Both the position numbers and the translations under genes were made by a program. This document shows, in pieces, positions 62,666-64,000 of a stretch of DNA of 64,000 bases. The first letter of the stretch is position 1. The number at the start of each line of letters is the position of its first letter. This DNA comes from Nitrosarchaeum sp. (GTDB lineage Archaea; Thermoproteota; Nitrososphaeria; Nitrososphaerales; Nitrosopumilaceae): NCBI GenBank assembly GCA_965223865.1, contig OZ245020.1, positions 1,824,001 through 1,888,000 on the forward strand, in the 5' to 3' direction. The notes beneath the pieces are model-generated. The model was given only the letters and a program-made list of their open reading frames with translations, did no database searches and had not been told where the DNA came from.

Positions 62666-64000
62666 GTGAAAAAGATAAAGATCTACCTTCCTTTACTTGT
62701 AATTATAGTAACAACAATTGGACTGACATTTGATATTATAATTCCAAATGTTTATTCGTTGACTCCGCCATCATACAATGAACAGATTTCTGCATTATAT
62801 CAGAACAATATGTGGCAACTAGGCAAAAACCTGTCTATTGGCAATTCATACACCTACAAAATTTGTGATCCTTCTGCAATACTGAATTATTCAGCTGAGA
62901 GTTACCATTACTTTACAAAAGATCTGGAGCACAACTCTAGTCTGTGTTATATCATAAAACTGGACTTTGTCAACCTACTAAATTCAGATGAAAACCAGAT
63001 TAATAGTGACATTTGGGTGGTTCAAGCCTCAATAAGTGATGTTTTCGGTACAGATAATCCCATAAGACGCTCAGTTTTCCATGTTGATTCTGATACTTTT
63101 GAGGTCAGATCAGCTGATACTATTCATCCAGATACTATAAGATACACTCAATCCTTGGAAAACACGATATTTTCAATTGTAAAATACACTACATCTGAGC
63201 CCAAATTTCTGCAACAAGGAATCAAGTGGGGTGAAGTCACTGAATATTTGGATAAAATGCAAATCAATCCATACATGGAAGTGTTGCAAGATGACTTAGA
63301 ATTTTCTACAATTCAAAATGCTGTGGATTATTCTCAAAATAAACTAATCAAAACAGAAAAGACGTTTGATGTATACAAGGTAGGATATGAAATTGACATC
63401 ATTGATGCTGATCTACGAGAAGAAAATACAAACAATGTAATTAACTATTATCTCATTCACTCACAATTTCCATTTCCATTATCAGGAACCTTATACAGCC
63501 CAGCTCATGTAGTAGAGCCATTCAAAGAATATGAGTTTGAATTGATTTCGTTTATTTCATTTAATGTAATTGAAGAAGATAATTCAATTGAAGAAACTTA
63601 TAATCTAATTGATGATGTCATAGATGAGTCTATTGATAACAATATTATCGATCCAGTGATTGAAGATATTGTAATTGATAACACAGTAGAAGACAATATT
63701 GTTGATGATGTCATTGATGATGATCCTGTGCTGATTGACGATACAACAGATGAAGTTGTTCCAGAAAATGTAGATGCCGATGACATAGTTGATGAGATAA
63801 TAGACGATGACGATATTATAGTTGAAAATATTGTTGAATCTGCGATTGATGATAGTAAAAACAACAATCCATCCGTTACTAATGTGATTGGTCTTGTATT
63901 GTTATTGGCGGTTACAATTGGTGGATTTGTATATTACAAGAAATTCAAAGACAAGAATTTAAAATCAACTAAGAATAATAATTTCAAATCTGATTCAATA
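62666..64000 (+). CDS. Membrane-anchored surface protein, module copy B (runs off window)
   Basis: Manual translation MKKIKIYLPLL...MWQLGKNLSIGNSYTYKICDP; paralog of 36522-37961; Asp/Glu-rich stalk and TM near 63890. Confidence 0.85.
   Translation, partial: MKKIKIYLPLLVIIVTTIGLTFDIIIPNVYSLTPPSYNEQISALYQNNMWQLGKNLSIGNSYTYKICDPSAILNYSAESYHYFTKDLEHNSSLCYIIKLDFVNLLNSDENQINSDIWVVQASISDVFGTDNPIRRSVFHVDSDTFEVRSADTIHPDTIRYTQSLENTIFSIVKYTTSEPKFLQQGIKWGEVTEYLDKMQINPYMEVLQDDLEFSTIQNAVDYSQNKLIKTEKTFDVYKVGYEIDIIDADLREENTNNVINYYLIHSQFPFPLSGTLYSPAHVVEPFKEYEFELISFISFNVIEEDNSIEETYNLIDDVIDESIDNNIIDPVIEDIVIDNTVEDNIVDDVIDDDPVLIDDTTDEVVPENVDADDIVDEIIDDDDIIVENIVESAIDDSKNNNPSVTNVIGLVLLLAVTIGGFVYYKKFKDKNLKSTKNNNFKSDSI

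Larger units (their letters stand above)
32216..64000. mobile_element. tRNA-Glu-integrated, decaying ICE-like genomic island (right end outside window)
   Basis: Integrase abutting the tRNA; conjugation gene remnants; many pseudogenes; duplicated module. Confidence 0.8.

Overview
Low-GC genome fragment of an ammonia-oxidising archaeon (Nitrosopumilus-like Nitrososphaerota/Thaumarchaeota), judged from the IPxWIKNNAGWWA C-terminal domains, a TFB paralog, DUF6659-like proteins and gene content. Bases 1-32.2 kb look like intact chromosome: sufB, a 7-repeat PKD/Ig protein, hemL-hemC-cobA-hemD, then a phosphate/polyphosphate neighbourhood (MgtC, CHAD, two tandem thymidylate-kinase-like genes, Ppx, SixA, arsR/arsC/aquaporin, sbtA/sbtB, phoU-pstBAC, an AbrB-PhoU regulator, a secreted triple-repeat protein, pstS), an ABC-2 transporter, hypotheticals and a tiny Cys-rich metallothionein-like ORF. 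tRNA-Glu(CTC) at 32140-32215 is followed by a tyrosine integrase and a decaying integrative/conjugative-type island that runs off the window end. The island holds truncated VirB4-like and VirD4-like genes, a PrgI-like gene, a pilin-like gene, two diverged inverted copies of a 4-gene surface-protein module, many Zn-finger microproteins, TFB, Usp/CBS cargo, a cupredoxin plus beta-propeller protein and a frameshifted alkaline-phosphatase-like gene. Top observations: (1) a palindrome, NCTATATAGA, sits about 45-80 bp upstream of the phosphate genes, including the island phosphatase (candidate thaumarchaeal Pho box); (2) the co-regulated secreted protein is made of three Hcp/phage-tail-tube-like repeats; (3) a probable heteromeric polyphosphate kinase operon. 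All calls were made by eye, without database searches.
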